Under the pieces are notes generated by a model. It was given only the letters and a program-made list of their open reading frames with translations. It was not told the origin of the DNA and did not search any database. Shown in pieces: positions 17,201-26,200 of a stretch of 35,272 nt of DNA. Every line of letters starts with the position of its first letter. Positions within the stretch are counted from its first letter, which is position 1. The stretch spans positions 1 through 35,272 of the IMG/VR virus record IMGVR_UViG_3300036767_000520, one strand, 5' to 3'. The stretch is from a virus (Duplodnaviria > Caudoviricetes). The position numbers and the translations under genes are program-made.

Positions 17201-20200
17201 CCCTGCCCATACCACTTCGTGAAAAGTTTTTTACCGTCATCTATTACATAAAGAATGTCTATTCCAAGTTCTTTCTTGAAATGATCCTGTACAGCTTTAT
17301 TGCCTAGTAATTTTTCCATAAAGAACTTATGGAAATTTGGAGCAGTTTTATGATCCTTGTTTTTCTTCTTTTGGCTCATGTCGTGACCAGACAACAACAT
17401 TCTGAAATACTCGGCAAACCCCTCATAATTCCTTCTGCCTTGCTTTTCTCTCTGGTCGTAATCTAAATCCCTTAATTCTTGCTGCATCTCCTCTGTTAAA
17501 ATTTTTCTATTTCCACTTATCCATATTCCACGAACCCTGCTAGATCCTTTGGCAACAGAGTATTTCTTACCATTAATAGTAACCCCGTCTTCCTGCTCAA
17601 AAGCCCTAGCTATTTCCTTTTCTAGCCAATGAGCTATTTCGTGAGAAGCAACCTCAATGTCATTAGGATTTTTAATCCTTACGCTTTCACTATTCGGGAA
17701 GAACAGACCCCCTGCGTCTCTCACTATAATTGAAGAGAAACCCTTAATTCTCTTTTTAAAAGTATCTTGAAACCACTTAATGATGTCGGATTTTTTTACT
17801 ACCTGATCGCTAGGAAGGAGCATTCCCGTCAATTTATGTAGAGGGGATTGTTTGCTATGCTGTTCATGCTTATCTGGATCAGTCTTATCTACAGGAGTTG
17901 GGCGTTCTATTAAAACAATATTTGTGACCTGATTTGTCTTTCCCTCATCCGCGCTATTGTCCGTGAATCTAACCCCAGTATAGCCACGCCTTTTTACTTC
18001 AGCTTTAAACTTCAATACATTTTTGTTACCAATGTAATAATCAGGGAAATTCCTATCCAAGAACTCCATTATCATTCCATCTTCCTTCGTGTCTTCTGAA
18101 ATAGCCCCTATATCGACTAACACTTGGCGGGCTTCATCATCATCCATGATGGTATCTTCATCTACCTCATATTGACTTACTTCATCCCCATATAGCCCTG
18201 CCTCATCCTTATCTTCGGAAGCAAAAAACAGACCTTCACCCATCATAGAGCCACCGTGAAATACTTTAGTTTTTTTACCTTTAGGCTTACCACTTGCTTT
18301 AGGTTTATCTTCTTTAGGCTTAGTATATTCAACTTTAGCTTGTTCTGGACTAAAAACTACATAAACATCAGACCTCCTATGACCATCTACAATATTTTTT
18401 GCAATAATCCCATCATGCCCCTTTGCTTTAGCATCAGCAATCTCTTCATCTCTTGGGATTACACCGTCTAGTATAAGTGGGTTTTCTAAATTAATGTGGG
18501 CAGGATGGACAAATAAGTCGGCAGAATCATCAACTTCTTTTAATCGTTTATTATAGCGAACAGCCATTTCCCCACCATCAGTTTCAGCTTGTTCTTCGCT
18601 TGCATATGGACCGCTTGTAAATAAAATCTCCCCATCTGCATCCTGCATAGCAGCGTAATATTTACCTTCTTCACCGTAAACAAGAATACTGCCTTCTATT
18701 GCCTCCCCCACCTCTTTTGGGTCTGCAAAAAAGTGAGCATTCTCTTCATCACTTGTAAACCATATCGTCCCTTTTTTGCTGTCGCTTTGCCTACCACCCA
18801 TGACAACTCCAGTTCCTTCCATGTCAGAACTAAAATTGTCAATAAACGGAACTCTAGAACCGTGGTAAACAATTTTCTTTATTTTCGATTTAATTGTCGA
18901 AAAAATAGATTCACCCTTTATTGGTTTACCACTAGCTTTAGGTTTATTAGAGGTGTCTTCAACAATTAACGCAGGAAATGATTTTGCCCCCAATACCGTT
19001 AGAGCATCATAGCGATTCGAGCCTTCTAAAACATAGTACCCATCTTCATCCTTTACAACTATAAGTGGATTTATTTCCCCACTTTCAGATATTTCCTCGG
19101 CAAGTTCTCTAGCCCTAGCTGTGTCTGTTCCAGGTTCATCAAATTCAGACATAGAAATTTCACGAACTCCAACAACTTCATAATCATCTAAACTCGCTCC
19201 TATAGAGTCCTGATTTGGGATCTCCTCCCTAACTACTCTGCCGTCAACCTTTTGCCCTGGCTTTACTGTTCCACCTTTACGCTTCTTAGCGTTGGCTCTG
19301 GGCTTGGTAGCAACGATCATCTTCACCTTGCCCTTACCAACTTTAAAGATTTTTACTTTAGCATCTGGGAAAACCTTTCGTACTTCTTTTAAGTACCATT
19401 CAATTGGTTTACGATTCTGCCAAGTTGTTTTTTCTGTATTAGAATAACCCGCTCCTTTAGATTTATTACTTGCGTCATCGAAAACTGAAATGAAAACCTG
19501 ACCATCCGCTTTAGTAGAATTAAAGAGTTGCCTGATCACTCTCATCCTATCTTTTACATTCTTTAAAACATTCAAGACATTCATGGAGGTAGAAGCATCA
19601 GCTTGCCCGTTCTGTATTTTCCTACCCACACTATCGTTATGTGCTTTACTTCTATTAAATGGATCAAAAACAAGGTTAGTAATACCTATTTTCTTGAGAG
19701 CATTAGTGGCTTTCTGGTATGCCCCACCTCCAATATCAGCAATAATACTTCCTGCCTTTATAAGTGCATTTTCTATTATCGCTCTGGTCCCAGAAGGAAC
19801 TTGATCTCTAGATGTCTTCTTAGATGCAACCTCCTGTTTATTGTCTTTAATTTCTGGAGCATCAAAAATAGTTTCAATCTTATCTTCAGTTTGCTCGCTT
19901 AAATCTACATTAACTTGTATGTTTCTTTTGGCTAACACATAATCTGTGGCAGCTTGTTCTGCTTCGCGCCATGCTTTTTTGGCGGCCTCTGTCTTCTCGT
20001 AAAGCTCCTCATCAAAAGCCTCCCCACGGCTCTCCCTATCATTAAGATCATCTTGAAATGCTTCATTCGCTTTTTGATATGCCTTCTTCGCTTCTTTCTC
20101 AAGCCTAATTAATTCTTGAAATTTTGGGTCAGGTTTGGCAATCTTGACCTTATCTATATCTATCTGCTTGCCACTTGCTTGAGGTTTATCTGGAAGGCTT

Positions 20201-23200
20201 TCCTTTATTTTCTTTTCGCCCTCTCTTAGTGCCTCACGGACTTGTTTTCTTGTCGCTTCATCTACATTACCTTCTCTAGAAACTTGGGTTGATTGTATAC
20301 TACCGCTTTCAGATACGGTTGAACTGGCAAGCAGAGTCTCCCCTGTTTTGTCTCTTACTTGGATGCGAGTAACACCACCATCTGATCTTACCTCTACACG
20401 AAAGTTACTCCCTTTAGCCCTAAACTTTGTTCTAGGGTCAAGAACCTCGCCTGCCGAAACATCTTCTGCTTCATCTTCTGCCTCATCTTCTGCTTCATCT
20501 TCTGCCTCATCTTCTGCTTCATCTTCTGCCTCATCTTCTATCTCGTCTGGCTCATTAACAAGATCTTCATCAACAAGATCTTCATCAACAGCCCCAGCTT
20601 CTTTTTCCTTAAGTTTTCTTATTTCATCTTGTATTTCTTCAAGCTCATCTTGGAAAATAGGAATTGACTGATCGTTTGGATCAACGAACCTAAGATCTTC
20701 AATCTCTGCCAAAATGTCATTTTCCCTTTCCTTAAGGTCAGCCATAGCATCTGTAATCGGAACGGTATCCTCATCTATAGTTTCCTCTTCGACATCTATG
20801 GGGACTGTGGGGTCATCTTCTTCTGGGACAATATCCTCTCCTGTAATTACATCTCCACCATCGTAACCAGTTTCTTCTTCATCCAGGTTGCCCGTATCTT
20901 CTTCATCGATGGGTTCTTCAATTGTCGTATCTTCTTCAATCGCAGTTAACTGGCTTAATGGAACACCACCTTGATTTCCATCTAGCCTTACCCATGTTTC
21001 CCCGTCCATTTCCCCTAAAATTTTCTCTACAGTAAAATCTATCTCACCATTTTCGTTAACCTGATCTTGCCCCCCAGATGTCCACTTAACCTTTGTTCCA
21101 ACCTCAATTGTGGTGTCTTCAGTATCAGCATCCTCCACATCTTCTTGTTCATCTTCCTCAACATCAGTCGGCTCTTCTTCAGTTGTGTCTTCATCCCCAA
21201 CCTCTATATCAGGGGTTTCAACATTCTCCCCAATTTGGTCAATAAAATCTGATGCTTCCTGCAATGATCCAAATTCATCATCGTAACCCCTTACATCCTC
21301 CCCAGACAATGAAGCTGATCCTACAATGTATACCTCTGTATCTGGGTCACCCTGACTAGGACCAATGCCGATAATAAAATCTTTAACTTTGCCCTCCTCA
21401 TCCACCCCCTCTTTTGTCCAGATATTTTCATTGCTTGTAACTTTGACACCCTCTGGAAGACCTTCAGAACCCTTTATGATTTCCTCTTCCTCTTCTATTA
21501 CTGCATCAACCTTGCCCTTTAATTCACTTTCTTTTTGATCTCTTCTTCCTTCTAAAACCTCCACCCCAGTTCCAAGAACAGTACCAGTACCCAAACCCCC
21601 AAAACCGCCAGACATTGCCGCATTTGGAACATCAGTAAAAGAACCAATTACCTTCCCCGAATCTTGAGCTGCAAAGTTTTCAAATAATTGATTTAAACCT
21701 TCCTGCCCAAATTCTTGAGCAAATTCCACCCCACCAATAAAAGCGACATTACCAACTCGCCTCATAAATGATCGTTTGGTTGCAGAGCTTACTGCCGCAG
21801 CTTCAACCTGCTTTCTAATTTTCTTGAAAGCCATTGCACCCACGCCACCATCGGTGATCAAAGAAAATGCCGCTGCATATCCTCCATACTCAAAGGCAAG
21901 TTGATTTCCTACCTGTAGTCTTACGAATTTTTCAATACTGGCGGGACTAGCATTGGGGAATTTTTCTCTTATTACATTGTCAATACTTTGTACAAGGGGG
22001 GAAGAATAAAGCTCTTCACGGCTCATGCCTTCAACCAATTGGTTAATGCTTTTACCTACACTTAAGCCTTCGGTTAACGCAAATGGTGTACCAACCCCAA
22101 TCATTGCTGATGATGTTGTGCCAAGCCCCGCTATCTGTAAAAACCTTGTAAAGCCCAAACCAGTTAGCATTAGTGGGACAGAGGCAATACCGCTACTTAC
22201 ATCTAAAAGAATTTTATCGGTAGAAGCATTCCCCCAAAACCTTTCTGGAAAATCTTCTCTTTTAATCTCTTTGCCGTGAAATATATTATCCCAAAGCTTA
22301 CTAGCAAACTCACCTACTTGCGGATCGAAATAATATTCCATAAGGGCTTTCTGTCCCGCAGGAGATATCTCATCCCAAGTTTTTTGCTTATTTTGATCTA
22401 CGCCAGACTGAAGCTCTTCGCCCCATTCCTGCATTCCCTTATTGTCAGTAAGCTCCCCAATCTTTTCAGAACCGTACCCAAACAAACCTGGGTACATTTC
22501 AGATATTGCCATTTTCAAATTCTTCCAATGATCTGCTAATGTCACTCCACCAATTTCCGCATCTTTAGCCCCAGGGCGAATTATGTTAGCGGCTTCGACT
22601 GTCTTATCTACAGTATTAATAGTGTCATTAACTTCACCCTTAATACTGTTAACAATCCCTTGTGGAGAATCTTCTTCGGGGGGTTTTTCTGTGGGGAACT
22701 GATCAGATACAGCTTGGATTTCTTCCATGCTATACCCCTTGTCTAGCAATTGATTTACATCAATCTCAAGCCCAGGGAATAATTCTGGATCTTCTGGGGC
22801 AGATGTACTTTGTGAGGAGGGTTGATTTCCAAGCTTTATATGAGCATCAAGTTGCCCTGGTATTTGGTTGGAATAATATCTTCCATCCTTCCCTTTGGTT
22901 ATTTCATAACCAGCTTCTTTTTCGCCAGCAATAGTCTTGTGGATTGTTTCGTGTCCCCAACCTTTAAGAATCAATCCTGTGCTTGGATCACGGGAGGGCC
23001 AATGACCAGTTTCATCTGGGGTGAGGCCTGCGTTATAAGCAGACTCATAGTCATATCCACTACCCTCTGGATCAAATGTACTTTGCGGGGGGAGTGATAT
23101 CTCTTCCTGCTCTATGGGTGCAGTACTTGTAATGTTGGGACGCTCTTGCTGTAAACTTTTGTCGAGAACATCCCTAATTTCTTCTTCCGAGAAACCTTGG

Positions 23201-23271
23201 ATTAAAAGTTCTGGGATATCTATCCCATATTGGTCTTTAAGGCCAATTTCCTCTTCAATAGAAAATGTCAT
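14263..23271 (-). CDS. giant polyvalent internal virion/ejection protein: membrane region, MTase, ParB-like, two ART-like, zincin MPTase and LPD38-like domains
   Basis: 3002 aa. IADIGGG/FDPF/NVLNV (MTase); PLIV...VLEGSNRYDAL (ParB/Srx); VYHGS...WFTS...GHDGII and VFHGG...GYTGVRF (ART-like); HEIAH plus EGFAE (zincin); AKDITFNF...PFHNA...PIPHETGILFGSIP (LPD38-like). Confidence 0.85.
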   Translation of the reverse strand: MTFSIEEEIGLKDQYGIDIPELLIQGFSEEEIRDVLDKSLQQERPNITSTAPIEQEEISLPPQSTFDPEGSGYDYESAYNAGLTPDETGHWPSRDPSTGLILKGWGHETIHKTIAGEKEAGYEITKGKDGRYYSNQIPGQLDAHIKLGNQPSSQSTSAPEDPELFPGLEIDVNQLLDKGYSMEEIQAVSDQFPTEKPPEEDSPQGIVNSIKGEVNDTINTVDKTVEAANIIRPGAKDAEIGGVTLADHWKNLKMAISEMYPGLFGYGSEKIGELTDNKGMQEWGEELQSGVDQNKQKTWDEISPAGQKALMEYYFDPQVGEFASKLWDNIFHGKEIKREDFPERFWGNASTDKILLDVSSGIASVPLMLTGLGFTRFLQIAGLGTTSSAMIGVGTPFALTEGLSVGKSINQLVEGMSREELYSSPLVQSIDNVIREKFPNASPASIEKFVRLQVGNQLAFEYGGYAAAFSLITDGGVGAMAFKKIRKQVEAAAVSSATKRSFMRRVGNVAFIGGVEFAQEFGQEGLNQLFENFAAQDSGKVIGSFTDVPNAAMSGGFGGLGTGTVLGTGVEVLEGRRDQKESELKGKVDAVIEEEEEIIKGSEGLPEGVKVTSNENIWTKEGVDEEGKVKDFIIGIGPSQGDPDTEVYIVGSASLSGEDVRGYDDEFGSLQEASDFIDQIGENVETPDIEVGDEDTTEEEPTDVEEDEQEDVEDADTEDTTIEVGTKVKWTSGGQDQVNENGEIDFTVEKILGEMDGETWVRLDGNQGGVPLSQLTAIEEDTTIEEPIDEEDTGNLDEEETGYDGGDVITGEDIVPEEDDPTVPIDVEEETIDEDTVPITDAMADLKERENDILAEIEDLRFVDPNDQSIPIFQDELEEIQDEIRKLKEKEAGAVDEDLVDEDLVNEPDEIEDEAEDEAEDEAEDEAEDEAEDEAEDVSAGEVLDPRTKFRAKGSNFRVEVRSDGGVTRIQVRDKTGETLLASSTVSESGSIQSTQVSREGNVDEATRKQVREALREGEKKIKESLPDKPQASGKQIDIDKVKIAKPDPKFQELIRLEKEAKKAYQKANEAFQDDLNDRESRGEAFDEELYEKTEAAKKAWREAEQAATDYVLAKRNIQVNVDLSEQTEDKIETIFDAPEIKDNKQEVASKKTSRDQVPSGTRAIIENALIKAGSIIADIGGGAYQKATNALKKIGITNLVFDPFNRSKAHNDSVGRKIQNGQADASTSMNVLNVLKNVKDRMRVIRQLFNSTKADGQVFISVFDDASNKSKGAGYSNTEKTTWQNRKPIEWYLKEVRKVFPDAKVKIFKVGKGKVKMIVATKPRANAKKRKGGTVKPGQKVDGRVVREEIPNQDSIGASLDDYEVVGVREISMSEFDEPGTDTARARELAEEISESGEINPLIVVKDEDGYYVLEGSNRYDALTVLGAKSFPALIVEDTSNKPKASGKPIKGESIFSTIKSKIKKIVYHGSRVPFIDNFSSDMEGTGVVMGGRQSDSKKGTIWFTSDEENAHFFADPKEVGEAIEGSILVYGEEGKYYAAMQDADGEILFTSGPYASEEQAETDGGEMAVRYNKRLKEVDDSADLFVHPAHINLENPLILDGVIPRDEEIADAKAKGHDGIIAKNIVDGHRRSDVYVVFSPEQAKVEYTKPKEDKPKASGKPKGKKTKVFHGGSMMGEGLFFASEDKDEAGLYGDEVSQYEVDEDTIMDDDEARQVLVDIGAISEDTKEDGMIMEFLDRNFPDYYIGNKNVLKFKAEVKRRGYTGVRFTDNSADEGKTNQVTNIVLIERPTPVDKTDPDKHEQHSKQSPLHKLTGMLLPSDQVVKKSDIIKWFQDTFKKRIKGFSSIIVRDAGGLFFPNSESVRIKNPNDIEVASHEIAHWLEKEIARAFEQEDGVTINGKKYSVAKGSSRVRGIWISGNRKILTEEMQQELRDLDYDQREKQGRRNYEGFAEYFRMLLSGHDMSQKKKNKDHKTAPNFHKFFMEKLLGNKAVQDHFKKELGIDILYVIDDGKKLFTKWYGQGSLNRFFAHSGLIEEKKPALSKIRAIWEKVEEYMYPEYDELHALEMEVKKINAVRLRNGMNKLSPSRDPFIIATAEKLSHQKIAQTLINDRIINHNAEELFVVKDKGDTSLVVGSKVTQRELDEAKHEGGRPAVATRMKTLVESFADIKKDEMNGFVIYGIALRAKKMHERGMASGMDEVDIEWTLENKEHLGYRKEWDQAWKDITEWHGVLLDWLVDAGRLSQEMKELFQKANPVYLPFKRASIDDALNHGFGGDVMTPSSLKAMKGSYRELLNPFEAMEENATAMIALAIKSRIMTAIADVAPEHGMGDLITKVQGKARVMNTQVGPLKKQMKDLVIEGTEEGFEDIGADDIEALIDSIDDAEILKVFYRDMNYKGNKENPVVPVFRNGKITLYEVNKELYQVIQETTKFETDVVMLKFILKLFRPFASLARIGWTGLNLKFNLWTNPMRDIPLAAIYTKGNATPFRFINGVRKAFTNWAKDELLNIKGSEWSMSRRYTAGGGNVATINGMEQSLWQAQIGQLNFQRKGVNKTLMFLSHPIKGVSSFLGGIHGFLSATELGPRIAEFEGVYHKTRQAQERAEDKRKQGKPLTKKESEYLNWTEEDHYLNAKVAAKDITFNFTKTGRYGKLINQAWPFHNATMQGPNKAVRAFKEHPVKFLIRSFWYITAPAMLSWYLSKDEEWYKNIDHSYNDLNLFFSADHFPGLRESLKAMGINPKDKIAVIPIPHETGILFGSIPRAALDEIFLKRKGALWESLKDAFKMIVPGIAKLEPPAIIAPWRQVQANESHFGRHITPPYMKNSYRPRLPEDQAFPWTSRLARVMSRGLQKIYKKTGEDGFNLNPIEVDHLFKQYTGGLATQGITFVEDSIWGTKSGRSPLAITLRMPHRPNRQIALFYLELNELEALKGGDKASGKQIRRLKEMKKFKKDKLDDLNKRKRKIGIPIGDKEVSKVNNIDKKMGKELNRFLGEKYKDLKR
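20461..20539. repeat. coding tandem repeat: 24-bp unit x3 made of alternating 12-mers, encoding (EAED)n
   Basis: atcttctgcttc and atcttctgcctc alternate for six units plus a partial unit. Confidence 0.95.
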
Positions 23272-26200
23272 TTAACCCCTCTCGTTAAAGGGTGCGGTGA
23301 TTCTATCGAGTAATGGCCTTTTCTTTTTCTTACCAGACGGGAGAACCATATATTTTTTATTCAATGCTTTCTTGAGCCTTCTGATATGTGTTCTAGTTTG
23401 CCCCTCTAGATGGGGGTTACCGTTCTTGTATTTTCCTGCCCTCATCAAAAGATCTCTAAAGTTCTTAGGTTTAATTTGGTTGACTGCTTTTTCAAAAGAT
23501 TCCCCGGCATTATTATATGCAGTCCCTACCAGTAGTTCCATATCCCTCTGGCTAAAGCCTTTCGTGTACTCATTCGTTTTAAATTTATTGTACAATTGTT
23601 GAGCGAATTGAGTACTGATTGCGATATTCAGTTCTGGATTATCTTTTAACATCCTTGATATCTCTGCATCGCTCTTACCCTTAAATTTTGTTTTCCCAAG
23701 GGGAGTACCCCCTGCTGTTTTTGGAGTCATTTGGAGTAAGCCAAGACCTTGGACTCTACCGCCCTTAATCGACTTGCCTTTTCTATCCATCTCAATTCCT
23801 TCAGCCCTTGTGTCAAAGTTTGACTCTACTTGTGCCAACGCAACTATAAACCCAGGTCTTACATCTTTAGCTTTTCCGCTTCTACCTGCTAGAGTCAGAC
23901 CACGTTGGAAGCTCTTCAATAATGGAGTGTTTTTGGGTAACGGTTTATCACCGTGTCGTTTAGCTAGGGCAACAAGGTATCTTTCGTCTATACCAGTTGC
24001 ATTAGCTTTCTGCATTCGCTCCGATCTATCCCTCGCATTAACTTTGTCTGGTGTGGTATTACCACTAGCCCATTCTTTAAACTCTTGAAAATTTCTAGAA
24101 ATCCAACCCACCATGTCATTGCCAGACTTTCCAGTTACACCCTTATATGCCATAAATTCTTTGGCTTTCTCAACAAGAGCCTCCTGAGTACTATTAAAAG
24201 TACTCTTAACTTCTTGTTTTTTTTCTTCGATATTACTGCCAAGGGCATTTATCTCGCTACGAACTTTCCCAAGCACACCACCATCATCAACATTACCACT
24301 ATTCCGAATATTATTGATTGCCTCGGTTCGTGCGATATTTCGCTTCTGCTCATCACTTAACTCCCTTGGTTTTACCTCTTTGGCAGAACTACCCGCATTG
24401 ACTTCTTCAATACTAGCGAATCTGTCCTTGAGACTATTGTAGATACCCCCTGCTTGGTCAGCTAAACTAGGCTCTGGGGGTTTAGAATGTACTCTTGCCA
24501 TTTGTCTTGCAATACGCTCAAGATTTTCTTCTCTAACGGTCTGCTCCTCTTTGGCAGAACTACCCGCACTGACTTCTTCAGTACTAGCGAATCTGTCCTT
24601 GAGACTATTATAGATATCCCCTGCTTGGTCAGCTAAACTAGGCTCTGGGGGTTTAGAATGTACTCTTGCCATTTGTCTTGCAATACGCTCAAGATTCTCT
24701 TCTCTAGCGGTCTGTTCCCCCCGATCTATTCTTTGCTGTTCATCCGCATCTGCCCGTGAGTAAGTAGATCGAGGTTCAGTTTTCAACGTCATATCGTCTA
24801 CCACACTCTTTCTCCCAAATACGGAACTCTTTCCCCCCTTCTTCTTTTTTACTTTTGGTCGGACCAGTTGATCCCCTAAATGGCTTGACCTCTCTTTCGC
24901 ATAAGCCCTAGCTTCCTCCTCTGTATTAAACCCCTTGGACTTAACACCTGTCTCTGGATCTATAAATTTATACCCAATAGCCATTGCTTTAGCCTGTCCT
25001 CCTGTAATCTCATAAGGCACAAGCTCCCCGTTAACCATTCGATTAAAAATAGTTGGATATGAATAGTACTTCCCTTTATATTTAAATATTACTGCTCTCT
25101 CTGAACTTTCACTATCCCAAGATCTGCCTTGTTCATCTATCTCTGGCTCATTCTTCCAGATAGGTCTACCATCAGGAGTGTGACCTATTCTTTCCTTAGT
25201 TAGATTTGGAAATTCCTTAGATCGATACAAGATCGACCCCTCTTCTATTCGCTTGCCATCACCAGCATTTCTTTTTGTTTTATAAGCATCTCTTCCCTTC
25301 TGAAATTTTTTGATAGTTTTGTCAAGACCACGATTCGCTAGGGCATCTTCGATTTGCCTTTGGATAACGGCAGGATCTACATTTGCATCATAAAAACCAG
25401 ATTCTTTGACTATTCCACCCAACTTATCTCCTGGCCCTAGATTAGAGCCATCACCAGTATCTACAGTTGTTATCGGAGTATCTGGAGTTATATTTGGGTA
25501 AGTTGTAATTCTACCTACAGTCCCAGGAGTCCTCGGATATTGGGGACCAAAACTACCAGAAGCAATTTTATCCATTACTTTTTTAAATCCCTCTGGATTT
25601 TCTTTCTGTATCCGGGCAAGATAATTGTACAATTCTGGATTTTCTTTCTGTATCCGGGCAAGATAACTGTCCAAATCATTATCTACCCCACCTGTTGTTC
25701 CAGATGAGATTGGTATTGACCCGGATAATATTCCAGTTTCATGTGGAATGGGAGGACCGCCTGTAATTCCATCCAGATGTTCCTTTTTCTTTATCCTCCT
25801 ATTCTCTATAAGTTGTTTAAGCACTTCTTCCTGCGTTAAACCACTTTCAACCCCAGACCCACCTGGAGTTGGAGTTGCGGGTAATAATATTCCAGTTTCA
25901 TGTGGAATTGGCGGAGTTGTTGGTAATAATATTCCAGTTTCATGTGGAATTGGCGGAGTTGTTGTAGATCCACCCGATTGCCCTTGGATAACGGTAGGAT
26001 CTGCATTTGCATCATAAGAACCAGATCCTATGACTATTTTACCCAACTTATCTCCTGGCCCTAGATTAGAGCCATCACCAGTATCTACAGTTGAAGTTGA
26101 AGCTGCGGATACAGAATCTGAAGTAAGGTTGCTTCCAACCCCCTCTCCAGTAACTTCTCTTGATTGTGTTTGGACACCAGAAAAAGGATCAAACCCTTTT

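Noticed and set aside
25710-25963. 29-bp repeats as a CRISPR mini-array
   Set aside because: They are in-frame coding repeats with identical 13-nt intervening sequence or irregular spacing, and there are no cas genes.
24375-26093. Repeat pairs as the template/variable regions of a diversity-generating retroelement
   Set aside because: Mismatches are not confined to adenines of one copy, both copies are coding, and no reverse transcriptase is in the window.
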